Part shown: positions 62,690 through 64,000 of the stretch, piece after piece
Layout: the number at the start of each line of letters is the position of its first letter
Position numbering within the stretch: the stretch's first letter is position 1
NCBI GenBank assembly: GCA_002269645.1
Contig: NIVC01002115.1
Location: forward strand, 140,160-204,159
From: Macrostomum lignano
Taxonomy: Eukaryota
DNA: 64,000 bases
Direction: 5' to 3'
Position numbers and translations under genes: made by a program
The notes under the pieces: model-generated
Seen by the model: only the letters and a program-made list of their open reading frames with translations
Databases searched by the model: none
Told to the model about the DNA's origin: nothing

Positions 62690-63360
62690 ACCCAGATCCT
62701 TAGTAGCTGGGCCAGCCTCCCAGATCCTCAGTTGCTGGGCCAGCCTCCCAGATCCTTAGTTGCTGGGCCAGCCTCCCAGATGCTCTGTTTCTGGGCCAGT
62801 CTCCCAGATCCTCAGTTGCTGGGCCAGCCTCACAGATCCTCAGTTGCTGGGCCAGCCTCTCAGAGTGTCAGTTGCTGGGCCAGCCTCCCAGACGCTCTGT
62901 TTCTGGGCCAGCCTCACAGATCCTCAGTTGCTGGGCCAGCCTCCCAGATCCTCAGTTGCTGTGCCATCCTCTCAGAGTGTCAGTTGCTGGGCCAGCCTTC
63001 CAGATCCTCAGTTGCTGGCCAGCCTCACAGATCCTCAGTTGCTGGGCCAGCCTCCCAGATCCTCAGTTGCTGGGCCAGCCTCCCAGATCCTCAGTTGCTG
63101 TGCCATCCTCTCAGAGTGTCAGTTGCTGGGCCAGCCTTCCAGATCCTCAGTTGCTGGGCCAGCCTCACAGATCCTCAGTTGCTGGGCCAGCCTTCCAGAT
63201 CCTCAGTTGCTGTGCCATCCTCTCAGAGTGTCAGTTGCTGGGCCAGCCTTCCAGATCCTCAGTTGCTGGGCCAGCCTCACAGATCCTCAGTTGCTGGGCC
63301 AGCCTTCAGATCCTTAGTTGCTGGGCCAGCCTTCCAGATCCTCAGTTGCTGGGCCAGCCA
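62690..63360. repeat. 28-bp minisatellite (CTGGGCCAGCCTCCCAGATCCTCAGTTG)n
   Basis: Same family as 27010-27272, inverted; sub-structured variants. Confidence 0.95.
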
Positions 63361-63444
63361 TTAGATATGATTGCCACACCCGTTTAGTCTACTGTAAGTA
63401 GCTGAAATGTAGTTTGTTTTCCAATTCAATGCATGCATACCTCA

Positions 63445-63817
63445 ATGACATCAGTTGCCGCAGCTGGCGCCCGTGCTCTCTGGCACCGGTTCCCTCGGCG
63501 ACTCGCCTCGACCTCGGCTTCGCCGCCGGTTGTTAGCGAAGTTCGCGACTCGGTCGCCCGAGTGACGCTGGCCAATCCGAAGCAGCGCAACTCGCTGTCG
63601 TTGGAGACGCTTCGCCTGTTGGAGTCGACGCTGAATAAACACGCAGACGACTCGGCAGTTCGGGCTGTGTTGCTTCGCTCGCGACGGTCCCGTGTTCAGC
63701 TCGCGGGCACCATCTGCGCGAGATGGACCAAGGCGAAGCACTGCGCCGCGATGTCATGTCGCAGTGCTCGCGACTGATGCTGCGGTTGCACAGCTGCCCC
63801 TGCCTGTGATTGCCCAG
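63445..63817 (+). CDS. ECHDC3: Enoyl-CoA hydratase domain-containing protein 3, first coding exon (frameshifted as given; gene continues beyond the window)
   Basis: Basic mitochondrial-type leader, LANPKQRNSLSLETL, then across three 1-nt indels DGPVFSSGH(H/D)LRE and PVIAQ, followed by a GT donor at 63818. Confidence 0.8.
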
Positions 63818-63854
63818 GTGCGTCCATTGTGTGCTTGTCGAGTCCTTTTCCTAT

Positions 63855-64000
63855 CTCTCTGTCTTCCCCTCTTCCCCTACCTGTCTTCCCCTCTTCCCCT
63901 ACCTGTCTTTCGCTCTTCCCCTACCTGTCTTTTCCTCTTCCCCTACACTGTCTTCCCCTCTTCCCCTACCTGTCTTCCCCTCTTCCCCTACACTGTCTTC
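63855..64000. repeat. ~23-bp pyrimidine-rich tandem repeat in the ECHDC3 intron
   Basis: (CTGTCTTCCCCTCTTCCCCTAC)n up to the window end. Confidence 0.85.

Noticed and set aside
62450-63445. PFDN1-ECHDC3 operon
   Set aside because: Same-strand proximity only; no clear acceptor next to the ECHDC3 start.

Overview
Eukaryotic (metazoan) genomic DNA with GC-richer exons, GT-AG introns filled with minisatellites, and AT-rich spacers. The style suggests a flatworm such as Macrostomum, but that is an unverified inference. There is one 408-nt assembly gap. Host genes: a 7-exon ERM (moesin/ezrin/radixin) gene, a calmodulin-like gene with a Gly-rich N-terminus, SPEF1 and PFDN1 head-to-head, the first exon of ECHDC3, two copies of a frameshifted 7TM GPCR, and a candidate unannotated two-exon 135-aa membrane/coiled-coil gene. 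The dominant structure is a ~9.6-kb quasi-palindrome (arms 9894-14438 and 14843-19531, 404-bp spacer) that duplicates the GPCR, an 18-bp minisatellite and LINE/Gypsy relics. Just upstream is a near-intact Chapaev-type (RAG1/Transib-fold) transposase with its catalytic and Zn-binding residues, and its left end recurs twice more in the window. The rest is rich in inverted-repeat elements: a foldback element, Tc1/mariner derivatives and MITEs, two Merlin-type insertions with 8-bp TSDs, and inverted minisatellite arrays in an ERM intron. Several single-base frameshifts lie in homopolymer runs, so long-read consensus error cannot be separated from true pseudogenisation without reads. No tRNA, rRNA or CRISPR array was recognised.
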